The notes beneath the pieces were generated by a model. That model saw only the letters and a program-made list of their open reading frames with translations, was not told the DNA's origin and searched no databases. Positions 8,699 through 18,251 of a DNA stretch of 64,000 nucleotides are shown here, piece after piece; positions within the stretch are counted from its first letter, which is position 1; each line of letters begins with the position of its first letter. This stretch comes from Pseudomonadales bacterium. GTDB taxonomy: Bacteria; Pseudomonadota; Gammaproteobacteria; Pseudomonadales; GM7GCV1. The stretch lies in the NCBI GenBank assembly GCA_965661125.1, contig CBFICI010000004.1, positions 40,544 to 104,543 of the forward strand, written 5' to 3'. Both the position numbers and the translations under genes were made by a program.

Positions 8699-9035
8699 CT
8701 CACGAGCCTCTTCTTGTGAACGTCGTTGGAGCTAATAAAAACCTGTCGTGGAATTTGCCGCAATAGCCTTAACAAAAAGAAAGCTATGTTTTCGTCCCGC
8801 GAAACAAACCTCAATATTGTAAGGTTTTGCTGCGTGTTGGCGGCGACTCTTCCTTGCCTTTAATTGCCGCGCACTTTACCACTGCCAATACTGTTAAACA
8901 CCCAACTTATGTCAAGAATTCTTGGTTTTTTCGCTGGCCAGGCTGACTATCTGTGACGCTACCTAAATGCGATTTTTGTTGAGATCTGTGGCAGCAAAAA
9001 ACAGCTGCTTGTGCAGGCAGAATGCAAGGCGCCTG

Positions 9036-9626
9036 TCAGCCCAACTCTTTCAGGCGCCCAATTAGCAGGCTCATGGCCTGCCCCCGGTGGCTGATGAGAT
9101 TTTTATGCTCTGGTTCCAGCTCGGCGCTGGTACATTGCATGCCATCGGGCTGAAAAATGGGGTCATAACCAAACCCACCCGAGCCGCTCATTTTTTCCCT
9201 CAAGGTGCCTCGCCAGTGACATTCAATCAGAATAGGTGCCAGGGTGGCGTCCGGCGAGCAGCCGACCATGGCGCAGTGGAAGGCGCAGCCGCGCCGGTCG
9301 GCTTTCACGCCATGCATTTTTTCCAACACCAGGTCGATGTTGTCCTGATCGCTGGCTTGCTCGCCGGCGTAACGAGCCGAATAAATTCCGGGGGCGCCCT
9401 GAAGGTGATCCACGCTCAGCCCGGAATCGTCTGCCACGCAGTACAGCCCGGTTTTCTCGGCTGCGAACCGAGCCTTCAGCAATGCGTTTTCAAGAAAGCT
9501 TTGGCCCGTTTCAGGTGGCTGCTGCAGGTTCCATTCGGATTGAGGGCGCACCAAAAATTGGTCGCCCAGACGCGCAGACAGTTCGCGCAGTTTGCCCTGG
9601 TTTCCCGAGGCCAGTACAACTTCCAT
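9036..9626 (-). CDS. rdgB: dITP/XTP pyrophosphatase (non-canonical purine NTP pyrophosphatase)
   Basis: MEVVLASGNQGKLRELS..., FGYDPIF and SHRGQA are Ham1/RdgB motifs. Confidence 0.93.
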   Translation of the reverse strand: MEVVLASGNQGKLRELSARLGDQFLVRPQSEWNLQQPPETGQSFLENALLKARFAAEKTGLYCVADDSGLSVDHLQGAPGIYSARYAGEQASDQDNIDLVLEKMHGVKADRRGCAFHCAMVGCSPDATLAPILIECHWRGTLREKMSGSGGFGYDPIFQPDGMQCTSAELEPEHKNLISHRGQAMSLLIGRLKELG

Positions 9627-9634
9627 GCGAAGGG

Positions 9635-10090
9635 CTAATCGCGATACAGGGTTTTGGTGAACTTGACCTGATAGGGGCTGGCAGTGCCTTCGTGATCGAC
9701 ATTAATGGTGAAGTGCAGTGGCTCTTCATTGTTGAAGCTGAATGAGGCGAGGTAATACACCGCGTCGCCATCTCGTACCTCGACAAAATTGAGCGGCTTG
9801 CTCTGCATGATGAGGTTCTGGGCTGCCCCTTCCACCCGGGCCGGCAGGCCGAGGCTGTCACCCTCTTCGATTGAGTGGATCAGCGCAATATTCACCAGTG
9901 CTCGGTTGGATGCACGCGAGAAACCATGTAGTTCAGCAATTTCCGGTGTCAGAAAAGTGGAATTGAATACCGAGTAAAAAACCCGGTAGTTACCGAATTC
10001 CTCGTAAGTGTTGGACTGGGCCGAGGCAGGTTGAAACACCACGCCGAGCAGCAGGGCCAAGGCAAGCCAGGTGTTAACGAGTTTTGTCAT
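9635..10090 (-). CDS. DUF4426 domain-containing periplasmic protein
   Basis: It has a signal peptide and the sequence YRVFYSVFNSTFLTPEIAELHGFSRASNRALVNI. It occupies the conserved metW-rdgB intergenic position seen in pseudomonads. Confidence 0.75.
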   Translation of the reverse strand: MTKLVNTWLALALLLGVVFQPASAQSNTYEEFGNYRVFYSVFNSTFLTPEIAELHGFSRASNRALVNIALIHSIEEGDSLGLPARVEGAAQNLIMQSKPLNFVEVRDGDAVYYLASFSFNNEEPLHFTINVDHEGTASPYQVKFTKTLYRD

Positions 10091-10112
10091 GATCAGATCC
10101 CCCGGTAAGCCG

Positions 10113-10712
10113 CTAAGGCGCGGCTTTGGTTAAGCAATACATCGCTGTTTCAGCGAACAGGTTAGGCCAAAGCTGTCCGAATTGTCTATTGAATAGTTGT
10201 TCCGACAGATGTACCCGGTTGAGAACCTCATAACCCTTGTCGCGGCAAAGCTGGTCGAAATCGGCCACGGTACAGAAGTGGATATTGGGCGTGTTGTACC
10301 ACTCGTAGGGCAGCTTTTTGGTAACCGGCATGCGGCCGCGCAAGCTCAGGTGAAGGCGAGCTCGCACGTTGCCGAAGTTGGGGAAGGTGACAATGCACTG
10401 CTTGCCCACTCGCAACATTTCTTCCAGGATCACATCAGGGTATTTCATTACCTGGATGGCCTGAGTCATGATGACCACATCAAATGAGTTGTCGGCAAAT
10501 TCGTCCAGATCGCGCACCAGTTCGCGTTCAATGACATTGACGCCGCGTTCGATGCAGCCGCTAATGGAATCCGCGTCCAGTTCAAGGCCGTAACCGTGCA
10601 CGTCGCGTTGATCCATTAGCTGACGCATCAGTCGACCGTCCCCGCAAGCCAGGTCGAGCACTCTGGCTCCTTGAGGCACCCATTGCTCTACCAGGTCCAG
10701 ATCAATTCGCAT
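10113..10712 (-). CDS. metW: Methionine biosynthesis protein MetW
   Basis: [29 protein letters not shown] carries a SAM-MTase-like motif. It overlaps the metX 3' end by 11 nt. The upstream extension to 10811 lies inside metX. Confidence 0.9.
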   Translation of the reverse strand: MRIDLDLVEQWVPQGARVLDLACGDGRLMRQLMDQRDVHGYGLELDADSISGCIERGVNVIERELVRDLDEFADNSFDVVIMTQAIQVMKYPDVILEEMLRVGKQCIVTFPNFGNVRARLHLSLRGRMPVTKKLPYEWYNTPNIHFCTVADFDQLCRDKGYEVLNRVHLSEQLFNRQFGQLWPNLFAETAMYCLTKAAP

Positions 10713-11865
10713 CGCTTGTCTCCTGCGCGACCCGATTGAGGTAGGCTGCCAGATCGCGCTGGTAACGTGGGATATCGGCCAAGAAGCCGTCGTGCCCGCG
10801 GTCAGTTTCAACTTCGGTATAGGTCACGTCGCGACCTGCCTGCACAAGTGCTTTGACGATCTCCCGCGAGCGATCTGGCGAAAAGCGCCAGTCGGTGCTG
10901 AAGCTCATTACCAGGAATTTGCATTTCGCCCGGGCAAAAGCCTCGGCCGGGCTATGGTTATATTCGCGTGCCAGGTCAAACACATCCAGCATGCGGGTAA
11001 TCAGCAAATAGGTGTTGGCGTCGAAATCTTCGGCAAATTGACCGCCCTTGTAGTTCAGGTATGACTCTACCTCGAATTGCACGGGCAGGCTGTTGCCTCG
11101 CTCGAAGGTGCCTTCGCGCAGTTCGCGCCCAAAACGTTCGTCGAGCTGGTTTTGCGACAGGTAGGTGACGTGGCCAATCATGCGCGCCAGGGCAAGTCCG
11201 GCTCTCGGCCGGGTACCCTTTTCCTGGTACCAGCCGTCGCAATAGTCAGGGTCTGACAAAATGGCTTTGCGCGCCATTTCGTTAAAAGCAATATTCTGCG
11301 GTGTCAGGTTCATGGCCGAGGCGATCACCAGGCAGTGTCGCACCCGTTCAGGGTATTCCAATGACCAGCGCATCGCCTGCATGCCGCCCAGGCTGCCACC
11401 AATAATGGCAGCCCAGCAGTGAATGCCCAGTTGGTCGGCAAGTTGACGCTGGCTGTGCACCCAGTCACGAAAACGCAGCGGGGGGAAGTCGGGGCCCCAG
11501 ACCCGGCCGGTGGCCGGGTTCACCTGGTTGGGCCCGGTCGAACCGTGACAGCCTCCAATGTTGTTGGGCACTACGACAAAAAACCGCTCGGTATCGATGG
11601 GTTTGCCTGGCCCGATGCAGCTGTCCCACCAGCCCGGTCGCTCATCCGGGTTTTCTGTGTGGTAGCCGGCCGCGTGGTGGTTACCGCTGAGTGCATGACA
11701 AACCAGAATGGCATTGCTGGCATCGGAGTTTAGTTCGCCATAGGTTTCATAAACCAGCTGGTAGTTGTCCAGTGTGTGCCCACAGGACAGCCTCAGCGGT
11801 TCGCTGATGCTGATCTGTTTTGGTTCGACGATTCCTACAGAACCGCGGGACTCCCTGCTGGACAT
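10702..11865 (-). CDS. metX: Homoserine O-acyltransferase MetX (acetyl- or succinyl-transferring)
   Basis: This is an alpha/beta hydrolase with [12 protein letters not shown] and the nucleophile elbow GGSLGGMQA. It pairs with metW. Confidence 0.93.
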   Translation of the reverse strand: MSSRESRGSVGIVEPKQISISEPLRLSCGHTLDNYQLVYETYGELNSDASNAILVCHALSGNHHAAGYHTENPDERPGWWDSCIGPGKPIDTERFFVVVPNNIGGCHGSTGPNQVNPATGRVWGPDFPPLRFRDWVHSQRQLADQLGIHCWAAIIGGSLGGMQAMRWSLEYPERVRHCLVIASAMNLTPQNIAFNEMARKAILSDPDYCDGWYQEKGTRPRAGLALARMIGHVTYLSQNQLDERFGRELREGTFERGNSLPVQFEVESYLNYKGGQFAEDFDANTYLLITRMLDVFDLAREYNHSPAEAFARAKCKFLVMSFSTDWRFSPDRSREIVKALVQAGRDVTYTEVETDRGHDGFLADIPRYQRDLAAYLNRVAQETSDAN

Positions 11866-11991
11866 GCTGCGCCTGTTTTTTGTTTGGGCGAAGTCTAGTG
11901 GGTTTGGCAGGGTTTCGCCATGCTGTGATTGCGGTTGCTGCCCATCCAGCCGTCTGCAATATCGGCCAGCTGGGCGAAGCAGTGCGCCTGG

Positions 11992-12609
11992 CTAGTAGTC
12001 GACCGAGGTGACCACCTCGCCGGCAACTGCACGGTAGATTTCCAGGTGACGATCCCAGTAACCACTCATGGTGACGCGCACGGTAACCGGCCGGTCTTCA
12101 AGGTTGATGAAAAACCAGCCGTGGTAGCCGTTAATGCCCGGGTTGACTATGCCGTGTCCCTGAGCAGCTGTTCCGGTTGCGAAGGTTTCGAAGTAGCCGT
12201 AGGGAAACTGGTCGCGGTTCTCTTTTCCGGGGTGGCCGTGGTGATCAAAGTATACGCCGCCATTGCTGGATTCACCCAGCACTTCCCAATTGTAGACGAT
12301 GCCTTGATCACGGTTCAGCCAGACGGTGTGCTCCACCTGCCCAAGGTTTTCGATCACAATGTCGAAGGTCTCGGTTCGGTAGGCTGCTGGCTGATCGCGG
12401 TTGCGCCCTTCGATGATTTCGCCCACGTAGATCTGCATTTCCTCGACCTGCGAAAGCCGATACGCCTGGCGCTCCTGGGCGTTCATACCATGATCAATCT
12501 CCACCAGTTGGTAAGCGCTCTGTTCGGGCTGGGAGGTTGAAGCGCATCCGGCAACCAAGCCGATGACAAGCAGAATAAATGGTTTGGCAGCGAGAGTAGG
12601 TGTTTTCAT
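11992..12609 (-). CDS. Hypothetical lipoprotein
   Basis: ATG at 12609. The lipobox LLVIGLVAGC is followed by STSQ. I recognise no family. A His/Gly-rich segment FDHHGHPGKE is present. Confidence 0.6.
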   Translation of the reverse strand: MKTPTLAAKPFILLVIGLVAGCASTSQPEQSAYQLVEIDHGMNAQERQAYRLSQVEEMQIYVGEIIEGRNRDQPAAYRTETFDIVIENLGQVEHTVWLNRDQGIVYNWEVLGESSNGGVYFDHHGHPGKENRDQFPYGYFETFATGTAAQGHGIVNPGINGYHGWFFINLEDRPVTVRVTMSGYWDRHLEIYRAVAGEVVTSVDY

Positions 12610-12831
12610 TGAGAGCCCCCTGAGTTGGCAGATTTCGACATTCTTTAAGATGTTTCGCGTTGCGGGGCGAACTATAGGCGACTGGCGGACTGGCTGGGCC
12701 AACCTTTACACAGGTTTCGTAATTGTGACGACAGTTAACTGCCGCTGCTTTCCCGGGACTGAACCAGAAATTGCAGCTGCAGTGTGTCGCCCTTCTGGCT
12801 GAAACAGCTCGCCGATGAAGGGTCGAGGCAC

Positions 12832-13392
12832 CTAGAAATAGGCGGCCAGCTGACCCAGACCATTCTGCAGCAGGTTGATCACGATAATGAAGAAGATGAC
12901 CGACAAATCGAGCCCGCCAATGGGAGGGATCAGCTGGCGGAATGGCGCGAGAAAGGGGTCCATCAGTTGATTCAGTAGATCGGCCAGCGGGCTGGAGCCG
13001 CGGATACCGCCGAATGCCACAAGCCAGCTGAGGATAACAATGATGATGGCGCCAAAAAACAACATGCGAAGGAAGGTAAAAAGGCTATAGAAAAGGCCAA
13101 ATGTCAGCAGTTGGGTAATGGGAACGATACCTCCACCCGCCGCCCAGTTGCGCAATTGCAAAACCAGTGTGGCGGCAAGCAGACACCAGACTATGGCTGC
13201 CCAGTCTATTCGACCCACACTGGGCAAAATGGGACGCAGAAGCCTGATCGGGCCTGCGGTGGCCTTGACGATGAATTGGCTAAAGGGGTTGTAGTAATCG
13301 GCTCGCACTGCCTGCAGCAGAATGCGCAGCAGGCAGATGCCAATGTAGATTTCGCCCAGGGTGCCGACCAGGTAGGCCAGGGTTGATTGCAA
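12832..13392 (-). CDS. yggT: YggT family membrane protein
   Basis: LLRILLQAVRADYYNPFSQFIVKAT and the C-terminal repeat NQLMDPFLAPFRQLIPPIGGLDLS match YggT. TTG start lies 2 nt after the proC stop. Confidence 0.88.
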   Translation of the reverse strand: MQSTLAYLVGTLGEIYIGICLLRILLQAVRADYYNPFSQFIVKATAGPIRLLRPILPSVGRIDWAAIVWCLLAATLVLQLRNWAAGGGIVPITQLLTFGLFYSLFTFLRMLFFGAIIIVILSWLVAFGGIRGSSPLADLLNQLMDPFLAPFRQLIPPIGGLDLSVIFFIIVINLLQNGLGQLAAYF

Positions 13393-13394
13393 GG

Positions 13395-14237
13395 TTATTT
13401 CTCCAGTTGCCGGGCGGTCTCTTCCGCCATTTCACGTGCCCGTTGAGCGCATCGATTCATCGCCCGCTGGACCAGGTTTTGCAGGCCATCCTGTTGAAAA
13501 CTGGCAATAGCCTGCTCGGTAGTACCCCCCGGGCTGCAAACCCGGCGGCGCAATTCGGCGATATCGGATTCATGCGAGGCCAGTTCGCCAGCACCCCGGC
13601 AAGTTTGCACTGTCAGGGCGCGGGCGGTTTCAGGGTCCATGCCCATTTCTATCGCGGTTTCGATCATGCTTTCCATGAAAAGGAAAAAATAGGCCGGCCC
13701 GCTTCCCGAAACCGCAGTAACCAGATCGAGGTCGGATTCACTTTCAACCCAGTTGACCACACCGACCGAACGGAATATGGCCTCGCATTGGTTTTGCAAC
13801 TCGGCAGAGACCTGTGCGTTGGCGTAAAGGCCTGACGCGCCCAGCCCGACCAGTGAGGGCGTGTTGGGCATGCAGCGCACCAGAGGCCTGGGCCCCAGCA
13901 GCTGTTCCAGTTGAGCCAGGGTAACCCCGGCGGCGATGGAAACCACACCGCACCCATCGGCCAGGTGGGGTGCCAGTGAGCGGGCAGCCTCGGGCAGTAT
14001 TTGCGGCTTGACTGCCAGCACCAGGATGTCAAAAAAACGGGCCTCGGCATTGTCGGTGCTGGTACGTACCTGTGCAGACATCAGGCCCTGATTGAGGTTG
14101 CCCAGCAGTCGTTGCAGCTGGTCTTCGGCCGGATCAAATGCAGCGATGCGATCGGCCGGATAGCCGCGGTCTACCATTCCGCTAATCAGGGCCGTGGCCA
14201 TATTGCCGGCGCCGATGAAGCCAATATTGGGTTGCAT
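13395..14237 (-). CDS. proC: Pyrroline-5-carboxylate reductase
   Basis: MQPNIGFIGAGNMATALISG is the Rossmann motif. PGGTTEQAI is also present. Confidence 0.93.
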   Translation of the reverse strand: MQPNIGFIGAGNMATALISGMVDRGYPADRIAAFDPAEDQLQRLLGNLNQGLMSAQVRTSTDNAEARFFDILVLAVKPQILPEAARSLAPHLADGCGVVSIAAGVTLAQLEQLLGPRPLVRCMPNTPSLVGLGASGLYANAQVSAELQNQCEAIFRSVGVVNWVESESDLDLVTAVSGSGPAYFFLFMESMIETAIEMGMDPETARALTVQTCRGAGELASHESDIAELRRRVCSPGGTTEQAIASFQQDGLQNLVQRAMNRCAQRAREMAEETARQLEK

Positions 14238-14315
14238 TGCTCTCCCTTCGCGAGGTCGGTTTGCGGCAGCAAACGCCTCAGCGGTTTGTTTTCCGGCGCG
14301 CCGGTTGCTTAGATT

Positions 14316-14999
14316 TCAGCATTCTGGTTGGGGGCGTGCGCCGAATATGTCGGTGCCAACCCTAACCATGGTCGAGCCGGCCTGGATTGCTGCTTCCAGA
14401 TCGGCAGACATGCCAAGCGAAAGTGTATCAAGATCCGGGAACTGCTTGCGCAGTTCATCAAAAACAAGCCGCACCCCTCGGCAGGTTTCCAGTTGTTTCT
14501 GTGGGTCTGACTGAGGTGCCGGTATCGACATGATGCCGCGCAGCCTCAGGCCCTCCAGCTCAGCAACCTGCGCAGCCAGCAAAGCCAGATCGGCCGGGTT
14601 ACAGCCCGATTTGGTCGCCTCGTCATCGTAATTCAGCTGCAGCAAAACGTTCAGTGGCGGCAGGGAAGTCGGTCGCTGGCTGGCCAGCCGGCGGGCAATT
14701 TTCAGTCGGTCGAGTGTGTGCACCCAGTCGAAGTGCTCTGCCACCGGTCGTGTTTTGTTGCTTTGCAGGTGGCCGATGAAGTGCCAGGTCAAATTCAGGT
14801 CTTTCAGCGCTTCAATTTTCTCCACCGCTTCCTGCAAGTAGTTCTCGCCAAAATCCTGCTGACCGGCCTGTGCTGCCTCACGGATCACTCCCGCTGGCTT
14901 GGTTTTGCTCACGGCGATAAGGCGCACAGGTGTCGCTTCGCCACCGCATTGGCGAACTCGGGTTTGTACGCTCTCGAGATTTTCGGATATTCTGGTCAA
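14316..14999 (-). CDS. yggS: PLP homeostasis protein YggS (YBL036C family)
   Basis: RLIAVSKTKP (PLP lysine) and DFGENYLQE are present. Best start is the TTG at 14999, giving (M)TRISENLESVQTRV, which aligns with the E. coli YggS N-terminus as I remember it. The track ORF extension to 15158 would overlap pilT. Confidence 0.85.
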   Translation of the reverse strand: MTRISENLESVQTRVRQCGGEATPVRLIAVSKTKPAGVIREAAQAGQQDFGENYLQEAVEKIEALKDLNLTWHFIGHLQSNKTRPVAEHFDWVHTLDRLKIARRLASQRPTSLPPLNVLLQLNYDDEATKSGCNPADLALLAAQVAELEGLRLRGIMSIPAPQSDPQKQLETCRGVRLVFDELRKQFPDLDTLSLGMSADLEAAIQAGSTMVRVGTDIFGARPQPEC

Positions 15000-15024
15000 G
15001 GCCCTGACTCGTGGAATACTTTGA

Positions 15025-16059
15025 ATGGATATTACCGAACTCTTGGCCTTCTCCGTCAAGCAAGGCGCTTCTGATATGCACCTCTCGGCCGGACTGCCAC
15101 CCATGATTCGGGTGGATGGTGATGTTCGAAGGATAAATTTGCCGGCACTGGAACACAAAGAGGTTCACAGTCTGGTATACGAAGTGATGAATGACAAGCA
15201 GCGCAAAGATTTTGAAGAGCTGCTCGAAACCGACTTCTCGTTTGAAATACCGGGTTTATCGCGCTTCCGGGTAAATGCCTTCAACCAGAACCGCGGCGCA
15301 GGCGCTGTGTTCCGTACGATTCCTTCGAAGGTGTTGACCATGGAACAGTTGGGCATGGGCAACAACTTCAAGAATATCTGTATGCAGCCCAATGGCCTGG
15401 TGCTGGTCACCGGTCCCACCGGTTCAGGAAAAAGTACCACCCTGGCCGCCATGGTCGACTACATCAACGAAAACAAGTACGAACATATTCTGACCATTGA
15501 AGATCCTATCGAATTCGTACATGAGTCCAAAAAATGTCTGATGAACCAGCGGGAGGTTCACAGGGATACCCACGGTTTTGATGCGGCGCTGCGATCGGCG
15601 TTGCGGGAAGACCCGGATATTATTCTGGTGGGCGAAATGCGCGACCTGGAAACCATTCGACTGGCGCTGACCGCGGCGGAAACTGGGCATCTGGTGTTCG
15701 GAACGCTGCACACCAACTCGGCCTCTAAAACCGTCGACCGGATTGTGGATGTATTCCCGGCGGCAGAAAAAGGCATGGTTCGCACCATGCTCTCGGAATC
15801 CCTGAAGGCGGTCGTGTCCCAGTCACTGCTGAAAAAAGTAGGTGGCGGCCGGGTGGCTGCGCATGAAATCATGATCGGCACCCCCGCCATTCGAAACCTG
15901 ATTCGCGAAGACAAGATTGCGCAGATGTACTCGGCCATTCAAACCGGCCAGAATATGGGTATGCAAACCCTTGATCAGTGCCTGACAGATCTTGTGAACA
16001 AGAAGGTCATCACGCGAGAGCAGGCCAAAGATAAAGCCAAGATGCCGGACAACTTCTAA
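15025..16059 (+). CDS. pilT: Type IV pilus twitching-motility retraction ATPase PilT
   Basis: Near-identical in pattern to P. aeruginosa PilT: MDITELLAFSVKQGASDMHLSAGLPPMIRVDGD, Walker A GPTGSGKST, and AIRNLIRE. Confidence 0.97.
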   Translation: MDITELLAFSVKQGASDMHLSAGLPPMIRVDGDVRRINLPALEHKEVHSLVYEVMNDKQRKDFEELLETDFSFEIPGLSRFRVNAFNQNRGAGAVFRTIPSKVLTMEQLGMGNNFKNICMQPNGLVLVTGPTGSGKSTTLAAMVDYINENKYEHILTIEDPIEFVHESKKCLMNQREVHRDTHGFDAALRSALREDPDIILVGEMRDLETIRLALTAAETGHLVFGTLHTNSASKTVDRIVDVFPAAEKGMVRTMLSESLKAVVSQSLLKKVGGGRVAAHEIMIGTPAIRNLIREDKIAQMYSAIQTGQNMGMQTLDQCLTDLVNKKVITREQAKDKAKMPDNF

Positions 16060-16073
16060 GCAAAAACCTTCCC

Positions 16074-17213
16074 ATGGAAATCGAACCCCTGTTGCAACTG
16101 ATGCTCGACAAGAGCGGCTCCGACCTTTTTGTTTCTGAAGGGCGCCCGCCTGGCATCAAGGTAAGCGGCAAAATTCATAACGTGGGCAAAAACAATTTGA
16201 CCGTATCGCAAACCCGCGAGATGGCTCTGGCCAGCATGGAAGAGTGGCAAAGAGAAGAATTTCTCCGGGTGAAAGAGCTGAACTATGCGATAACCTCCAA
16301 AAATGGCGGCCGTTTCCGGGTGAATGCGTTTTTTCAGCGCGGCTCGGTTGCCATGGTGTTGCGCCTGATTCCCAGCGATATTCCCACGCCGGAACGCCTT
16401 TTTCTGCCGGAAGTGTTAAAAGAGCTGTGCATGGCCAAGCGCGGCATCATTATTTTTGTTGGCGGTACCGGTACCGGTAAATCGACCTCCCTTGCTTCTT
16501 TGATTGGCTACCGCAACGAGCATGGGAATGGCCACATTATTACCATCGAAGACCCGATCGAATTCGTGCACGAGCACAAGGGCTGCATCATCACCCAGCG
16601 CGAACTGGGTATCGATACCGAGAGCTGGGAAAACGCCCTGCACAGTACGCTGCGACAGGCACCCGATGTCATCCTGATTGGTGAGATCCGCGCCCGCGAA
16701 ACTATGGAGCACGCCATTGCCTTTGCCGAAACCGGCCACCTGGTGTTTGCCACGCTGCACGCCAACAATGCAAACCAGGCGTTAGATCGTATTATCAACT
16801 TCTTCCCTTCGGAACGTCGCGACCAGCTGTTGCTCGATCTTTCCCTGAACCTGCGCGCCTTCGTTGCGCAGCAGTTGATTCCCACCGTGGATGGCGGCCG
16901 TCGCGCGGCAATTGAAATCCTGATCAATTCGCCACTGATTGGTGATCTGATCAAGAAGGGCGAGGTGCACGAGATCAAGGAAATTATGTCCAAGTCTCGC
17001 GAACTGGGCATGCAAACCTTCGACCAGGCGCTTTATGAACTGTTCAATGAAGGCCTGATTTCCTACGAGGATGCGCTTAAACACGCCGACAGCGCCAACG
17101 ATTTGCGTCTGATGATCAAGCTTCACTCCTCCCGCGGCGAGGGCATTGGCGACGAGTCCGACGGGTTGATGCTGCAGGAAGAAAACGACAGCAAGGGTGG
17201 GTCGCTTTACTAG
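16074..17213 (+). CDS. pilU: Type IV pilus ATPase PilU
   Basis: PilT-paralog with GGTGTGKSTS, GHIITIEDPIEF and ADSANDLRLMIKL. It lies immediately downstream of pilT. Confidence 0.93.
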   Translation: MEIEPLLQLMLDKSGSDLFVSEGRPPGIKVSGKIHNVGKNNLTVSQTREMALASMEEWQREEFLRVKELNYAITSKNGGRFRVNAFFQRGSVAMVLRLIPSDIPTPERLFLPEVLKELCMAKRGIIIFVGGTGTGKSTSLASLIGYRNEHGNGHIITIEDPIEFVHEHKGCIITQRELGIDTESWENALHSTLRQAPDVILIGEIRARETMEHAIAFAETGHLVFATLHANNANQALDRIINFFPSERRDQLLLDLSLNLRAFVAQQLIPTVDGGRRAAIEILINSPLIGDLIKKGEVHEIKEIMSKSRELGMQTFDQALYELFNEGLISYEDALKHADSANDLRLMIKLHSSRGEGIGDESDGLMLQEENDSKGGSLY

Positions 17214-17254
17214 GCGGTTGCGGATTGGGCTTTCTCGCAGCCTGAAAACCCGGT

Positions 17255-17680
17255 TTATTCGTTCAGATATTGCTCCAATATCAGGCAGGCCGCCAGCGAA
17301 TCGATGGGGCGGTCGCGGTAGTCACCACTGTGCCCCATCTGCTTTGCCTCTTCCTTTGCGGAGCGACTGCTGAGCCGCTCATCCACCATGTCTACCGGCA
17401 ACCCGTAGCGGCCCTCGAGCCGTCGCCCGAATTTTCGCGCCAGCGCACTGAGCTGGCTCTCGCTGCCATCCATGTTCAGTGGCAGACCCACCAGTAATTT
17501 TTTTGGTTGCCATTCCTGCAGGTGAGCATCCACCAGATCCCAGCGCGGAATGCCATCGCGCGCGGCCACTTCCGCCAGGGGCGACGCCGTTCCGGTGGCG
17601 GCCTGTCCTGTGGCAACGCCAATACTGCGCAGGCCAAAATCGAAGCACAGCAATCGGCCGGTGGTTTGCGAATCAGGCAT
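17255..17680 (-). CDS. ruvX: Holliday junction resolvase-like / pre-16S rRNA nuclease RuvX (YqgF)
   Basis: LLCFDFGLRSIGVATG and LVGLPLNMDGSES are YqgF motifs. Confidence 0.9.
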   Translation of the reverse strand: MPDSQTTGRLLCFDFGLRSIGVATGQAATGTASPLAEVAARDGIPRWDLVDAHLQEWQPKKLLVGLPLNMDGSESQLSALARKFGRRLEGRYGLPVDMVDERLSSRSAKEEAKQMGHSGDYRDRPIDSLAACLILEQYLNE

Positions 17681-18251
17681 GTCCGGACGCAGCTCCCAGT
17701 CTGTCCAGGTTAATGCCGCTTCGCGCTGCGGCCTGTTTCAGGATGTTTGCCGGGGCAACGCCAAACAATCCCTCGGCGTCAGTGTCGGCAACAATCCAGG
17801 AGTCGCCGGCAAGCTCCTGTTCCAGCTGACCTTCATTCCAGCCGGCGTAACCGAGGCAGAAAATCCACCGCGTGTCGTCATCCAGTTGCGACAGGCATTG
17901 CATGCTGTCCAGCGATGTCGAGAGAAACAGGCCGGGCTGGATTTCGTATTCTGGCTGCAGCCCCCCCAGAGGTTTGTCGTGCAGCAAAAAACCGGTTTCC
18001 GGTTGCACCGGGCCGCCATAATGCGCCGCGCGCCGGGCGACCGGTTCGATGGCTTGCAGAGACAGGGAATCGAAAACCTCGCGCATCTCCAGCCGGGTGG
18101 GTTGGTTTACCACCAGGCCCATGGCGCCCTCGATGCGGTGCTGGCAGAGCAGGGTGGCCGTCTGGCTGAAATAGGGGTCGGACATGGTGGGAATGGCCAG
18201 AAGCAGCTTGCCGCTGAGGCTGTCCATTTCATCCTGGTTCATTGTTGTCAC
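17673..18251 (-). CDS. yqgE: YqgE/AlgH family putative transcriptional regulator
   Basis: LLLAIPTMSDPYFSQTATLLCQH...GAMGLVVNQP matches the family. The start is uncertain: the M at 18242 or 18227 would reduce the overlap with queG. Confidence 0.85.
   Translation of the reverse strand: MTTMNQDEMDSLSGKLLLAIPTMSDPYFSQTATLLCQHRIEGAMGLVVNQPTRLEMREVFDSLSLQAIEPVARRAAHYGGPVQPETGFLLHDKPLGGLQPEYEIQPGLFLSTSLDSMQCLSQLDDDTRWIFCLGYAGWNEGQLEQELAGDSWIVADTDAEGLFGVAPANILKQAAARSGINLDRLGAASGHA

Noticed and set aside
11866-11991. A possible SAM-responsive riboswitch upstream of metX.
   Set aside because: The 126-nt leader shows no recognisable SAM-II or SAM/SAH-like conserved motifs or pseudoknot pairing on inspection. 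A cmsearch would be needed to exclude it formally.
15000-15158. Extended N-termini of yggS (to 15158), queG (to 19512), metW (to 10811), tsaE (from 20783), hfq (from 25379), hisZ (from 29329), the NMO gene (from 42793) and rimI (from 57933).
   Set aside because: The extensions overlap neighbouring genes and do not align with the known N-termini of these families. Internal starts with an RBS or stop/start coupling give canonical protein lengths.
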